Shown here piece after piece: positions 8,951-19,200 of a stretch of 55,941 nt of DNA. Origin of the DNA: a virus (taxonomy: Duplodnaviria > Caudoviricetes); the IMG/VR virus record IMGVR_UViG_3300036715_003593, positions 1 to 55,941 of that record; one strand, written 5' to 3'. The position numbers and the translations under genes are program-made. The notes beneath the pieces are model-generated. The model saw only the letters and a program-made list of their open reading frames with translations. It searched no databases and had not been told where the DNA came from. How positions within the stretch are numbered: the first letter of the stretch is position 1; each line of letters starts with the position of its first letter.

Positions 8951-9435
8951 TGGCTAAGCCGCTCGAGTACGATGGGCTTCCGGATTTGCTGAGAAACATA
9001 AAGAAGCTGACCAAACAGGAAGTTTTAATAGGTGTACCGTCTGATCACGCTCACCGTAAAGATGAAGATGAAGTTTTAAATAATGCTTCGTTGGCGTACT
9101 TGCATGAACATGGTTCACCTGTTAATAACCTACCAGCTCGTCCGTTTTTAGAGCCAGGTATTAAGGTTGCGAAAGATAAGATTTCGAAACACCTCGGTTT
9201 GGCCGCTGAAGCAAGTCTCAGTGGGCAGAAGGAAAAAATGGGTCAGCAATTAGTATTGGCTGGACTAACTGCTCAGAATGCGACAAGGGCGAAGATCAAT
9301 TCAGGGGTGGAGCCAGCCTTAGCACCTTCCACGATTGCTGCGAGGCAACGAAGAGGTAGAACCGGAACAGTGCCTTTGATCGATACTGGTCAATTGCGAA
9401 ATTCAATTATATATGTAGTCAAGGAGAAAAAGTAA
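8950..9435 (+). CDS. Neck/tail-completion morphogenesis protein
   Basis: HEHG...N.PARPFL.PG and PLIDTGQLRNSI.Y motifs; TGATG overlap. Confidence 0.75.
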   Translation: MAKPLEYDGLPDLLRNIKKLTKQEVLIGVPSDHAHRKDEDEVLNNASLAYLHEHGSPVNNLPARPFLEPGIKVAKDKISKHLGLAAEASLSGQKEKMGQQLVLAGLTAQNATRAKINSGVEPALAPSTIAARQRRGRTGTVPLIDTGQLRNSIIYVVKEKK

Positions 9436-9632
9436 TGGCAAAGATACATGTGCATGTGCATACAAACGATGCGTTCGATGAAGCTGCTTCTCAAGCCCTC
9501 CAACTTATTAACAAAGCCGGTGATATCTTGTACAAAGCTAATTTGCAAAATACAAAAGATCCAAAAGTGGCCGGAAGAGAAGCAGTAATCCGGTCACTTC
9601 TCGAAGCCAAGACTCTCGCTCAAAAAGTTTAA
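9435..9632 (+). CDS. Small helical protein with IHVHVH-TND tag (putative internal head protein)
   Basis: aaggag RBS, TAATG overlap; N-terminus MAKIHVHVHTNDA. Confidence 0.7.
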   Translation: MAKIHVHVHTNDAFDEAASQALQLINKAGDILYKANLQNTKDPKVAGREAVIRSLLEAKTLAQKV

Positions 9633-9635
9633 TCC

Positions 9636-10007
9636 ATGCCCTTCCTCGACGTCACCGAAATACTAACTGATCCGGAATTTCAGGATTCTTTAGTTTGCCA
9701 TCGAATTGTCCAGACCATCGGAGCAAACGGTTTGGCAACAAGTGCGACTACAAACACAAACTTTAGAGGGGTCGTTACCAGTGACCGTGGTGACATTATG
9801 GAACGGATTGCCGGTGGTGAAAGGGTAAGCGGATCAATTACCATTCACACTCGATTCGCATTGGAGGACGGTGCGGGATCAACACGGTCGGCAGACGAAG
9901 TGACTTGGAATGGACGTCTATATATAATCAACAATGTAAACGATTATTTACGTTTTGGTAGAGGCTTTATTGCAGCTACTGCGGAACTCAAACCTTTAGC
10001 AGGTTAA
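9636..10007 (+). CDS. Head closure/head-tail joining protein
   Basis: MPFLDV..L.DP.F start; YxRFGRGF; synteny. Confidence 0.7.
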   Translation: MPFLDVTEILTDPEFQDSLVCHRIVQTIGANGLATSATTNTNFRGVVTSDRGDIMERIAGGERVSGSITIHTRFALEDGAGSTRSADEVTWNGRLYIINNVNDYLRFGRGFIAATAELKPLAG

Positions 10008-10008
10008 C

Positions 10009-10581
10009 ATGGCAGATAGCTCTACAGGTAGTTACTTAAACCCAGCACTTGCCACCCCTCCACTGGAGGACTTGGATCTAGATGCGGAGTTCCAAAAAGC
10101 AGTAGTTGGTATTACTGGGCTAGCAGGAAATTTGGTTCGTCCGAGATGGCAGGCCACTCCACCAAAGCAACCAGAGCCTTCCGTGAATTGGTGCTCAATT
10201 GGAGTCACTTCACAAGTACCGGACGCCGGACCTTTGATCGACCATGTCGGAATTGGCAACGGAACAGATGAGTTGCAACGGCACGAAGATATTGTTTTAG
10301 AGAGCACGTTTTACGGACCTTTGGGTCAGAGATATGCAGCACTGTTTCGAGATGGTTTAGGGTTGCCACAGAACATGGAAGGTTTGAGTGCCGTTTTAAT
10401 TTCCTTGACAGAGGTAGGTGAAATTGTAACCGCACCCGAGTTGTTTAATCAACAATGGATTAGAAGATTCGATATTACAGTGAAGTTTCGCAGGCAGGTA
10501 AAACGGACTTATGCTATTTTGAACGTGCTATATGCTGACCCTGTGCTTTCGTTCGAAGATGTTAGCGGGGCACCAGTTTAA
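10009..10581 (+). CDS. Neck/tail terminator protein
   Basis: GITGL...VRPRWQ, FYGP, PEL.NQQW.RR.D motifs; precedes the sheath gene. Confidence 0.7.
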   Translation: MADSSTGSYLNPALATPPLEDLDLDAEFQKAVVGITGLAGNLVRPRWQATPPKQPEPSVNWCSIGVTSQVPDAGPLIDHVGIGNGTDELQRHEDIVLESTFYGPLGQRYAALFRDGLGLPQNMEGLSAVLISLTEVGEIVTAPELFNQQWIRRFDITVKFRRQVKRTYAILNVLYADPVLSFEDVSGAPV

Positions 10582-10602
10582 TAATTAAAGAAGGAGAAGA
10601 GA

Positions 10603-12420
10603 ATGACCACTCAGCTTGACGTATCAGGTATTGTAAATGTTCAAATTGTAATGTCTCCACTGGCTGCGGCTACGAGATCTTTCGGTAACCTATTGATCCT
10701 TGGTGACAGTAACGTCATCGACACCAACGAACGTTTACGTTTGTACACCACTTTAGCTGGCATAGCCACTGACTTCGGTACAGCTTCACCTGAATATGCT
10801 GCGGCAGCTTTGTACTTCGGTCAATCTCCAACTCCTACGAACTGTTATGTTGGTAAATGGGTGCGCGTTGCAACTTCTGCGGTAATGCATGGTGGCATCA
10901 TGTCCACCTTGCAACAAACTATGTCGAACTTTACCACCATTACAAGTGGTGGATTCCAGATTACTGTGGATGGAGTTGTCAAGTCTCTCACTGGTTTGGA
11001 CTTCTCCGGAGCAACCAATCTAAACGGTGTGGCATCAATAATTGACTCAGCATTGGCAGGTGCCTCCTGTATATGGGATTCAGTGCTCGGACGTTTCAAT
11101 ATCACCAGTGACACATCCGGCGCTGGTGTCAAAGCATCTGGCACCATTACCCTCGCAACGAATCCAGTTGCCAATAACACGGTAACTATCGGGGGTGTTG
11201 CAATCACCTTCGTTGCGACTGCCCCAGTGGGTAACCAAGTGCTGATCGGGGCAACTGCTGGAGATACCGCGGCGAACCTACAAGCCTTCCTGACCGCTAC
11301 TGCGGAAGCTGCATTGTTATTGGCCGATTACTCCACAGTTGGAAACGTAACTACTATTACCTATGCTACTGTTGGCACCACTGGTAATTCTTACACACTG
11401 GCAAAAACCGGGACGAACGTTACCATATCCGGTGCGACTTTGGCAGGCGGCGTAGCGGCTTCGAGTTTGGGTTATGCGGTAGCACCAGTTTCTGGCACGA
11501 ATATCTCAGGTTTGTTGCGTCTGGTCACAGGGGTAGCTTCCGTTCCAGTTAACGGCGTAACAGCTGAGACCCTTGTGTCTGCAGTTAACACCATGGCTTC
11601 CATGTCGCTGGATTGGTACGGGCTATATGTGTCCTCTTCAGTTGCACCAAGTACGGATGATTACTTGGCGGTAGCTGCTAACATAGAAGGGCAATCAGCT
11701 TCACGCATCTTCGGTATAACCACTCAGGATGCTGCAACTACCTTATCAACTTCAACCACAGATCTGGCAAGCCAGCTGAAGGCGTTGGGTTATAAACGCA
11801 CGTTCGTTCAGTATTCTAGCAATAGTGCTTATGCTGCGGCTTCAATATTCGGTCGCGCGTTCACCGTCAACTTCTTGGGCACCAATACTACACTAACTAT
11901 CAAGTTTAAACAAGAACCAGGTGTTGTGGCTGAGAACATTACCGAAAGCCAAGCTTCAGTATTGCGCGGCAAGAACTGTAACGTGTTTGTGGCTTACAAC
12001 AACAATACAAACATTGTTCAAGAAGGTGTGATGGTAAACGGTTACTTCTTCGACGAAGTGCACGGTACTGATTGGCTCCAGAACGATGTGCAGACAGCTG
12101 TTTATAACCAGTTGTACACTAGTGCTACTAAAGTCCCACAAACAGACGCTGGCGTCAATTCCATTCTGGCAACCATTAGCCAACGTTTGGACCAAGCGGT
12201 AGCCAACGGATTAGTGGCTCCTGGCGTCTGGGCAGCAAGCGGATTCGGTGTCTTGAACGAGGGCGACTTCCTATCCAAAGGATATTATGTCTATGCCCCA
12301 CCTGTGGCCACTCAGTCTTCTGCCACTCGCGCTCAACGCCGTGCTCCAGTGATTCAGGCGGCTATCAAACTTGCAGGCGCAATCCACTTTGTGGATGTTA
12401 TTATCAACGTTAACCGATAA
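10603..12420 (+). CDS. Contractile tail sheath protein (DUF3383-like) with an inserted domain
   Basis: DFG..SPEY.AA..YF.Q, T.KFKQEPG, FFDE.HG.DWLQN, KLAGAIH.V motifs. Confidence 0.88.
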   Translation: MTTQLDVSGIVNVQIVMSPLAAATRSFGNLLILGDSNVIDTNERLRLYTTLAGIATDFGTASPEYAAAALYFGQSPTPTNCYVGKWVRVATSAVMHGGIMSTLQQTMSNFTTITSGGFQITVDGVVKSLTGLDFSGATNLNGVASIIDSALAGASCIWDSVLGRFNITSDTSGAGVKASGTITLATNPVANNTVTIGGVAITFVATAPVGNQVLIGATAGDTAANLQAFLTATAEAALLLADYSTVGNVTTITYATVGTTGNSYTLAKTGTNVTISGATLAGGVAASSLGYAVAPVSGTNISGLLRLVTGVASVPVNGVTAETLVSAVNTMASMSLDWYGLYVSSSVAPSTDDYLAVAANIEGQSASRIFGITTQDAATTLSTSTTDLASQLKALGYKRTFVQYSSNSAYAAASIFGRAFTVNFLGTNTTLTIKFKQEPGVVAENITESQASVLRGKNCNVFVAYNNNTNIVQEGVMVNGYFFDEVHGTDWLQNDVQTAVYNQLYTSATKVPQTDAGVNSILATISQRLDQAVANGLVAPGVWAASGFGVLNEGDFLSKGYYVYAPPVATQSSATRAQRRAPVIQAAIKLAGAIHFVDVIINVNR

Positions 12421-12435
12421 GAGGGAGCATTCACT

Positions 12436-12876
12436 ATGCCAAGCTATTCATTTCAAAACGTAACCGCAACTTTGATCGGTCCAACCGGAATCATTGATCT
12501 CGGTTACGGTGCGGCAGTGGCCGAAGAGGGTATTACCATTGCGATGGCAGAAGACAAAAACACCATGTTGATCGGTGCAGACGGTGAAGGTATGCACAGT
12601 TTACATGCCGGCAAATCTGGACAGGTTACTGTTCGATTGCTGAAAACCTCTTCTGCCAATGCGAAACTAATGCTGGCTTATGATGTGCAAACAGCCGATG
12701 CTACTTTGCATGGTCAAAACCTCATTGCAATCTCAATGCCAAATGTTGGTGACGTGTCAACTGCTCGTAGTTGTGCATTCAAGAAGAAGCCCGATCTGGA
12801 ATATGCAAAAGATGGTCAGGTGGTAGAGTGGGTATTTGACGCTCTGAAGATTGACACTCTGTTGGGTAAATTCTAA
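12436..12876 (+). CDS. Tail tube protein (DUF3277-like)
   Basis: YSF..V.A, EEGI, NTM.IGADG.GMHSL motifs; follows the sheath gene. Confidence 0.85.
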   Translation: MPSYSFQNVTATLIGPTGIIDLGYGAAVAEEGITIAMAEDKNTMLIGADGEGMHSLHAGKSGQVTVRLLKTSSANAKLMLAYDVQTADATLHGQNLIAISMPNVGDVSTARSCAFKKKPDLEYAKDGQVVEWVFDALKIDTLLGKF

Positions 12877-12886
12877 GGAGTAGAAC

Positions 12887-13315
12887 GTGGTCGAATTCGA
12901 AATAGCTGGACAAAATTATCGCGCGGAAAAACTGGATGCCATGAAGCAATGGCATATCAGCCGCAAGATCGCTCCACTCATCCCAGCCATGTTACCTGCT
13001 TTCTTGGCTATTAAGGATCTGAACAATCTAGAAGAAGACTTACCGGCCTTGGCGACAGTGCTTCAGCCTTTGGCCGAAGGTTTGGCCAGTATGTCGGATG
13101 AGAGCAGTGAGTACTTGATAGCCACATGTTTATCCGTAGTTCAACGTCAGGTCGGTAATACGTGGGGTCGGGTTTGGGATGCCCCTACTAAGACCACTAC
13201 ATTTACTGACATCGACATGGGCGTAATGATGAAGATTGTCATCCAAGTCATTCAAGATAGCTTAGGTTCTTTTATCGCAGGTCTGTCTATCAACCAACAG
13301 AGCGCGCAGGAATAA
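12887..13315 (+). CDS. Tail assembly chaperone
   Basis: GTG start with aaggag RBS; KL.A..Q.H.SRKI.P motif; lies between tube and tape measure. Confidence 0.75.
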   Translation: MVEFEIAGQNYRAEKLDAMKQWHISRKIAPLIPAMLPAFLAIKDLNNLEEDLPALATVLQPLAEGLASMSDESSEYLIATCLSVVQRQVGNTWGRVWDAPTKTTTFTDIDMGVMMKIVIQVIQDSLGSFIAGLSINQQSAQE

Positions 13316-13515
13316 GGTCTATCAGTTGGCGGAGTTTGCCAACTGGCGAAGATTGGTTGATGGCTCCAGTTATAGCCGGCATGTGCCGGTTCGAGAGTCT
13401 CAAAGACGGTTCGATCGATCTGGCAGATATAGGTCTAATGAACGATGCCCTAGCTGTCAAGAGTGACAACGAACACTTATTCAGAGAGTGGGAAAAAGAG
13501 CAAAATGGCAACTAA
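13261..13515 (+). CDS. Tail assembly chaperone C-terminal ORF (-1 frame; not in the ORF track)
   Basis: WRSLPTGEDWLMAPV...ESLKDGSIDLADI.LMNDAL; frame open 13261-13515. Confidence 0.7.
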   Translation, partial: LRFFYRRSVYQPTERAGIRSISWRSLPTGEDWLMAPVIAGMCRFESLKDGSIDLADIGLMNDALAVKSDNEHLFREWEKEQNGN

Positions 13516-14989
13516 CCTCAGAGAGTATCTGGTTAACTTAGGCTTCAAGGTCGATGAAAAGACTTTGAAGAATTTTGTTGCCGGCACAAAAACTGCAGCA
13601 AAGGGTGTTGCCACTTTGGTAGCAGCTGTCGGCGGTGCTGCGCTGGGTGTAGCCACAGGTGTGGCTGTCTTTGCTGCCAATCTCGAAGACCTATATTTCG
13701 CTGCCAAGAAAGCCGGATCTACTGCCCTCAACCTCAAAGCCTTTGGGCAAGCCTCCCAAAACTTCGGTGTGTCGGCAGATGAAGCCCTCGGGTCTGTCCA
13801 AGCTCTTGCTAGATTCATGCGTGAAACTCCGGGTGCTGAAGGCTATCTAGCATCTCTTGGCGTACAGGCGCGCAACGCCAATGGTGAGATGCGAGACACT
13901 ACCGATATCATGCAAGATGTCGGTAAAGAGCTCGCTAAGAAACCGTATGCTTTATCTAAACAGTATGGCGACTTGCTTGGAATAAGCGAAGATACTTTGC
14001 GAGCAGTTATGACAGGTGACTTTGCTGCCGCGATGGCGAAACAAAAAGGCATTCTGAAAAATTCAGGTTTCAATAAGGCCGCAGCTGATGCCCACAAATT
14101 CATGGTGGGTTTACGTAATCTTCAAACTCAGCTTGAGGTGTTTGCCATTCAGGTTCAGGATGCCCTTCTCAAGAAGTTTGGAACTAGCCTCGATAAAATA
14201 GGAGTCTGGTTCGAAAAGAACGGACCGATGATGGCGGCGCGAATAGCTGATGTGATTAAAGGTTTCCTAGAACTGGCTGAGAAAGTTATTCCGGCTATCG
14301 GTTGGTTGGTTCAGAAATTCATGGATCTGGATAACGCAACGGATGGCGCCAGCACCAAGGCGGCTCTCGCGGTGGCAGCTTTCACCTTGTTGGGCGGAGC
14401 TTCAGTAGTATCCGGCATTATGGGTGTAGTGAAAGCAGTGGGCATGCTTGGTGGAGCCTTGATGTCCACTGCTACGGCAACTTCGGCCGCTGGGATAACT
14501 TCTTCTCTAGGTGCTCTTGCCAAGTCAGCTGGCTTGCTCGGAGCAGCAGCAACAGTGGGCTATGCCATAGGCACAGCCATTAATGATGCTTTCATAAGCG
14601 GGACCGACTTTGGCGACTGGATAGGTGAAAATGTCGCCAAAGTGTTAGCTTTCTTTGGAAATGATGAAGCTCAAGCAGCCTTGGATGGGGGAAAGAAAAA
14701 GGCTCCGTCGACCCTTGAGAATATTGCGGCCTTGGACGGAGGAAAGAAAAAGTCTCAGTTGACCCTTGAGAATATTGCGGCCAATTGGGGAAAAAGCGGA
14801 GCTGATTTGACCCATGAGGCATATAGTCCAGCTATGCCTCATGGGTCTTCAAAAAGCGCTACCGTTAACCAAACCACTAATATCAATATAAACGGAGGCG
14901 AAGCAGCTTCAACTGGTAAAGCTGTTGCGAGATCTCAGGATCGAGTTAATGAAGATATCGTCCGTAACCTCAGCCTGAGGGTATATTAA
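13505..14989 (+). CDS. Tape measure protein
   Basis: L.EYLV.LGF.VD start; Ala/Gly-rich helical sequence; NQTTNINING near the C-terminus. Confidence 0.85.
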   Translation: MATNLREYLVNLGFKVDEKTLKNFVAGTKTAAKGVATLVAAVGGAALGVATGVAVFAANLEDLYFAAKKAGSTALNLKAFGQASQNFGVSADEALGSVQALARFMRETPGAEGYLASLGVQARNANGEMRDTTDIMQDVGKELAKKPYALSKQYGDLLGISEDTLRAVMTGDFAAAMAKQKGILKNSGFNKAAADAHKFMVGLRNLQTQLEVFAIQVQDALLKKFGTSLDKIGVWFEKNGPMMAARIADVIKGFLELAEKVIPAIGWLVQKFMDLDNATDGASTKAALAVAAFTLLGGASVVSGIMGVVKAVGMLGGALMSTATATSAAGITSSLGALAKSAGLLGAAATVGYAIGTAINDAFISGTDFGDWIGENVAKVLAFFGNDEAQAALDGGKKKAPSTLENIAALDGGKKKSQLTLENIAANWGKSGADLTHEAYSPAMPHGSSKSATVNQTTNININGGEAASTGKAVARSQDRVNEDIVRNLSLRVY

Positions 14990-15528
14990 TGGGACTATTC
15001 ACATTGTTTTCCACTCCCGCTAATGCCATTGGAGAATTGATTATTCCAGCAACATTGGAAGAAAACCACAATGACTCGTTGACCATTACTGAGCACCCTG
15101 TGGAATTCGGCGCGCCAATAACCGACCATTCTTATAAGAATCCTCCAGAATTGATAATGAGGTGTGGTTGGACGAATAGCAGTTTTGCTGCTATAAAGGC
15201 CATTTTTTCATCTCTCTTAGCGGATGGAGATTTGCCTGGCGATAATTACATTGATAGCATCTATTTCAAGCTGTTGAAAATGCAAGAAGATCGTTTACCC
15301 ATTACTGTTCAGTCCACCAAACGGTGGTATAAAAATATGATGATCACAGGTCTTCAGGTTACTACTGATGACAAGACTTCTAATATTTTACTGATTGTGA
15401 TTACTTTAAAGAAGATCAATATTGTAAAAACACAAGCGACTGTTTTGCCTCCAAAGGAGAACCAAAAAAATGCCGCCGATACAAGTTCACCCACTAGTTC
15501 CGGACAAAAACAACTGGTAGCTAAATAA
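14989..15528 (+). CDS. Baseplate/tail-tube initiator (Dit-like)
   Basis: EE.H.D.L.ITEHPVE.GA.I.DH.Y..P motif. Confidence 0.75.
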   Translation: MGLFTLFSTPANAIGELIIPATLEENHNDSLTITEHPVEFGAPITDHSYKNPPELIMRCGWTNSSFAAIKAIFSSLLADGDLPGDNYIDSIYFKLLKMQEDRLPITVQSTKRWYKNMMITGLQVTTDDKTSNILLIVITLKKINIVKTQATVLPPKENQKNAADTSSPTSSGQKQLVAK

Positions 15529-15532
15529 AAAT

Positions 15533-15844
15533 ATGCCATCTTACTACATACCTTTAACTCCGGAGCCTCAACGTTTTCCGATAACATTGGGAGGCATCGA
15601 CTACCAGATTTTACTTACCTATAAAAACGTAACAGAAGGTGGGTGGGTGATAGATATTGCGGATAAAACAGGGGTTAATCTGGTGGCAGGATTACCGCTG
15701 ATTACTGGAGCAGATATTCTCGGGCAGCATCAACATCATGGATTTAAAGGGTCACTGACCATTGAATCTTCTGACGGTCTTGATCACATTCCGACTTTCG
15801 ATAATTTAGGTATTGATACACTTTTGATTTGGACAACAACGTGA
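15533..15844 (+). CDS. Small baseplate protein
   Basis: IPL.P.PQ.F...L, GW..DI.D, PL.TG.D.L.Q motifs. Confidence 0.7.
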   Translation: MPSYYIPLTPEPQRFPITLGGIDYQILLTYKNVTEGGWVIDIADKTGVNLVAGLPLITGADILGQHQHHGFKGSLTIESSDGLDHIPTFDNLGIDTLLIWTTT

Positions 15845-16815
15845 GCGTTCAACAATATCTCAGGAAAGCTAGTTTGATCATTGGACCCAGTGAGGGGACA
15901 GGTCTCGACCTATCAACCTTGAGGTTCAAGTTTGATATTAGACGCGGAGATCTTGAGACCCCGAACTCTGCTGATATACGGGTATACAACGTTAGTGACC
16001 AAACCTCCAAGAGTGTTGAGAATGTAGAATTTTCCAGAGTAGTTATCCAAGCTGGATATGAAGGCAACTACGGAGTCATTTTCGACGGACAGATCAAACA
16101 GGTTCGACGAGGGCGTGAGTCTCAGGTGGATACTTATCTAGATATTACTGCTGCAGATGGAGACTCTGTTTATAACTTTTCGATGACCGCTTTGTCATTG
16201 GCGGCAGAGAATAGCAGCCCAGTGGATTCGGTGTCTGCTGTGATAAAAGGAATGGCAGAATTCGGAGTGGAGCGAGGTTATATTCCGGACTTGCCTGGTG
16301 ATCCCCCCACTCGCGGGAAAGTCTTATTTGGAATGTCCAGAGATGAAATGCGCAAGTTGGCTAGGAATACCCAAACGTCTTGGAGTATTCAAGATGGAAA
16401 AGTGGTCATGATTCCTTTGACTGCTTACGTGCCAGGTGAGATTCCGGTACTGAGTGCTGAGACCGGTGTGATAGGAATGCCAGAGCAAACCTCTAATGGA
16501 ATTAACTTAAGGCTGTTACTCAACCCGAACATTAAGATAGGGCAATGCGTCAAGTTGAATAACTCTAGTATTCAGAAGATGAAATTTGGCATAAATCTTT
16601 CTCAAACTAAGACTAATTTATTGACCGAGCAAAGCAATAAAATAAATAAAGAAGAACTGTATTACGTAATGATAGCAGAGCATGTTGGCGATACGCGCGG
16701 GAACGAATGGTATACTGAATTAAACTGTTTGGCGGTGAACGCGGATATCCCACCGAGCTATATTCCCAAACAGGGGGTTTACGGTGCAGTTGGGACTATA
16801 AAACGTTATGGATAG
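15841..16815 (+). CDS. Baseplate hub protein
   Basis: PNSA.I..YN, AGY....G.IF.G.I, WSIQDG, GDTRG..WY motifs. Confidence 0.8.
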   Translation: MSVQQYLRKASLIIGPSEGTGLDLSTLRFKFDIRRGDLETPNSADIRVYNVSDQTSKSVENVEFSRVVIQAGYEGNYGVIFDGQIKQVRRGRESQVDTYLDITAADGDSVYNFSMTALSLAAENSSPVDSVSAVIKGMAEFGVERGYIPDLPGDPPTRGKVLFGMSRDEMRKLARNTQTSWSIQDGKVVMIPLTAYVPGEIPVLSAETGVIGMPEQTSNGINLRLLLNPNIKIGQCVKLNNSSIQKMKFGINLSQTKTNLLTEQSNKINKEELYYVMIAEHVGDTRGNEWYTELNCLAVNADIPPSYIPKQGVYGAVGTIKRYG

Positions 16816-17668
16816 AAGAGAACGATACTCTGACCCGCAGGAAGCCTTGCGCGCTGCCATGGAGGGTCATCAAAGCAAATTGTGGACAGCTTTGCCTGGC
16901 ATAATAGTGGCTTTTGATCCAGTGCGCCAAACTTGTGATGTGCAACCTTCTATCTCAGCAACCGTCATTCAACAGGATGGATCGTTCAAAGAGTTGAAGA
17001 TACCAATACTTTTGGATTGCCCGATACAGTTTCCTTCAGGTGGCGGTGTAACTCTTACTTTCCCGATTGCCATAGGCGATGAAGTCTTGGTGGTGTTCTC
17101 TTCACGCTGCATCGATGCTTGGTGGTCTCAAGGCGGAGTCCACATGCAGCCGGAATTCAGAATGCACGACCTAAGCGATGGTTTCGTGTTGCCCGGAGTC
17201 AAGTCTCAGGCCACCAAGTTCACTGTTAGTACAACCGCTGCCCAATTGCGAACAAATGACGGTCAGACTTACATTGAACTTGATCCCGCTACCCATAATG
17301 TAAAGATTAACACCTCCAGCGACTTGACTGCAATAGTCGGCGGCAAAGTTACCGCCACCGTAACCGGAGACTTAGAAGCCACTGCCGCCAGTGCTAAGGT
17401 CACTACAAGCGGTAATACAGAAATAATTGCCCCGACCATTAAATTGACCGGAGCTGTCAATATTAGCGGGCTTTTAACGCTCGCTGCTGGGTTTGCAATG
17501 ACAGGTGGTGCTGCTGCCCTAGGCGCAGGTAATCTTAGCACCACTGGAGATATAGGGGCTTCTAACGTGACTGCTGCAGTTGGGGTAAGTTCTGGAGGCA
17601 AACCATTCAACACCCATACACATGGCGGCGTTCAAACCGGCACAGGCACCTCAGGAGTTCCTTCATGA
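16808..17668 (+). CDS. Central baseplate spike (Gp138-like N-terminus)
   Basis: RCID.WW..G, RMHDLSDG; C-terminal HTHGGV iron-binding tip. Confidence 0.85.
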   Translation: MDRRERYSDPQEALRAAMEGHQSKLWTALPGIIVAFDPVRQTCDVQPSISATVIQQDGSFKELKIPILLDCPIQFPSGGGVTLTFPIAIGDEVLVVFSSRCIDAWWSQGGVHMQPEFRMHDLSDGFVLPGVKSQATKFTVSTTAAQLRTNDGQTYIELDPATHNVKINTSSDLTAIVGGKVTATVTGDLEATAASAKVTTSGNTEIIAPTIKLTGAVNISGLLTLAAGFAMTGGAAALGAGNLSTTGDIGASNVTAAVGVSSGGKPFNTHTHGGVQTGTGTSGVPS

Positions 17669-18018
17669 AATATAGAAAACTAGACACCGCTGGGGATTAT
17701 ACCTTGGGCACCGGCGCAGACTTTTTAACAGACACCCCCGAAGCAGTCGGACAAGCCATATCTACCCGATTGAAACTGTGGCAAGGGGAGTGGTTTATTG
17801 ATACCTCTAAAGGAATGGCTTGGGCTACCGAAGTCTTAGGTAAGCGTTTTCAAAATACAAGTCTCGATAGCGCTATTCAGAGATGTATTCTAGGCACACA
17901 GGGGGTTATTGAGATCGAAGAATATTCCAGCACCTATGAGGGTAACACTCGAAAATTAACAGTGACTGCTACCGTAAGCACTATTTACGGGTCTGTTGCT
18001 TTACAGGAGACCGTATAA
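17665..18018 (+). CDS. Baseplate wedge protein (gp25-like)
   Basis: YR.LD..GDY, RL.LW.GEWF.D motifs. Confidence 0.75.
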   Translation: MKYRKLDTAGDYTLGTGADFLTDTPEAVGQAISTRLKLWQGEWFIDTSKGMAWATEVLGKRFQNTSLDSAIQRCILGTQGVIEIEEYSSTYEGNTRKLTVTATVSTIYGSVALQETV

Positions 18019-19200
18019 ATGACATCACCAACTGCAGCAACAATATCCCCAACTGGGATTACCGCGCCTTCTTATTCCGATATTCTAACTTGGTTAAAAA
18101 ACCAATATCGGCTGATCTATGGTCCAGATATTTATCTGGAGAGCGATTCTCAGGATGGGCAATTTTTAGCTATTATTGCCTCAGCGATGAACGATAGTAA
18201 TTCTGCCACCGTGGCAGCTTATAACTCGTTTAGTCCGGCTACGGCACAAGGCCAGAGCTTGTCATCGAACGTGAAGATTAATGGAATTTCTCGTCTGGTA
18301 GCGACGAATTCTACTGCAGATATTCTCATCATAGGTGTAGCAGGAACGGTTATCACTAATGGGGTAATTGGTCCGGATGTAACTGACCACAAGTGGAATC
18401 TACCAGCTTCGGTTACCATTCCAGCAGGTGGAGCAATAACTATTACTGCTACTTGCCAAGATCTAGGTGCAATAACTGCAGCTATTGGAACATTGAATAA
18501 AATTGCTACCCCTGTTTATGGATGGCAATCCGCGAACAATCCAGCGGCAGCTTCTGTTGGAAATCCAGTGGAATCAGATGCGGAGTTGAGAATACGTCAA
18601 GGGTTGGCCACAACCTTGAGAGCTTTAACAGTCATGGAGGCCATTACTGCAGCGGTGGCGGCAATAACCGGTGTGTCCAGATCAATAGGTTACGAGAATG
18701 ATAGTAATATAACTGATGCAAACGGAGTGCCGGCTCATAATATTTCGATGGTGGTAGAAGGAGGTGATTCTCAAGTCATTGGTAATACTATAGCCAGTAA
18801 GAAAACGCCAGGCACTGGGACTTACGGCACGACTCCTATATTTACCTACGATAGCAGAGGGGTGCTGAATGTAATTAATTTCTTCAGACCTATTGTGGCC
18901 ACAATAGGAGTTGAAGTTACTATTACAGCACTGTCTGGCTACATTTCAAGTTACGCTAACCAGATCAAAACGGCGGTGGCGGATACTTTGAACAATCTGA
19001 CAATTGGTGATGATGTATTGCTTACCAAACTATATGTACCTGCTAACTTGCCAACTTTGGCGGCTGGGGCAACGTTTGATATTTCGCTAATTCGCATAAA
19101 AAAGAACGCCGGAGCATTCGGTACAACTAACATAGTTCTCGCATTCAACGAAGTAGCTGAATGTACTCCAACTGTTGACGTAACGGTGATAGTATTATGA
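18019..19200 (+). CDS. Baseplate J-like wedge protein
   Basis: DSQDGQ, P.TA.G..L, ESDAELR.RQ motifs. Confidence 0.85.
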   Translation: MTSPTAATISPTGITAPSYSDILTWLKNQYRLIYGPDIYLESDSQDGQFLAIIASAMNDSNSATVAAYNSFSPATAQGQSLSSNVKINGISRLVATNSTADILIIGVAGTVITNGVIGPDVTDHKWNLPASVTIPAGGAITITATCQDLGAITAAIGTLNKIATPVYGWQSANNPAAASVGNPVESDAELRIRQGLATTLRALTVMEAITAAVAAITGVSRSIGYENDSNITDANGVPAHNISMVVEGGDSQVIGNTIASKKTPGTGTYGTTPIFTYDSRGVLNVINFFRPIVATIGVEVTITALSGYISSYANQIKTAVADTLNNLTIGDDVLLTKLYVPANLPTLAAGATFDISLIRIKKNAGAFGTTNIVLAFNEVAECTPTVDVTVIVL

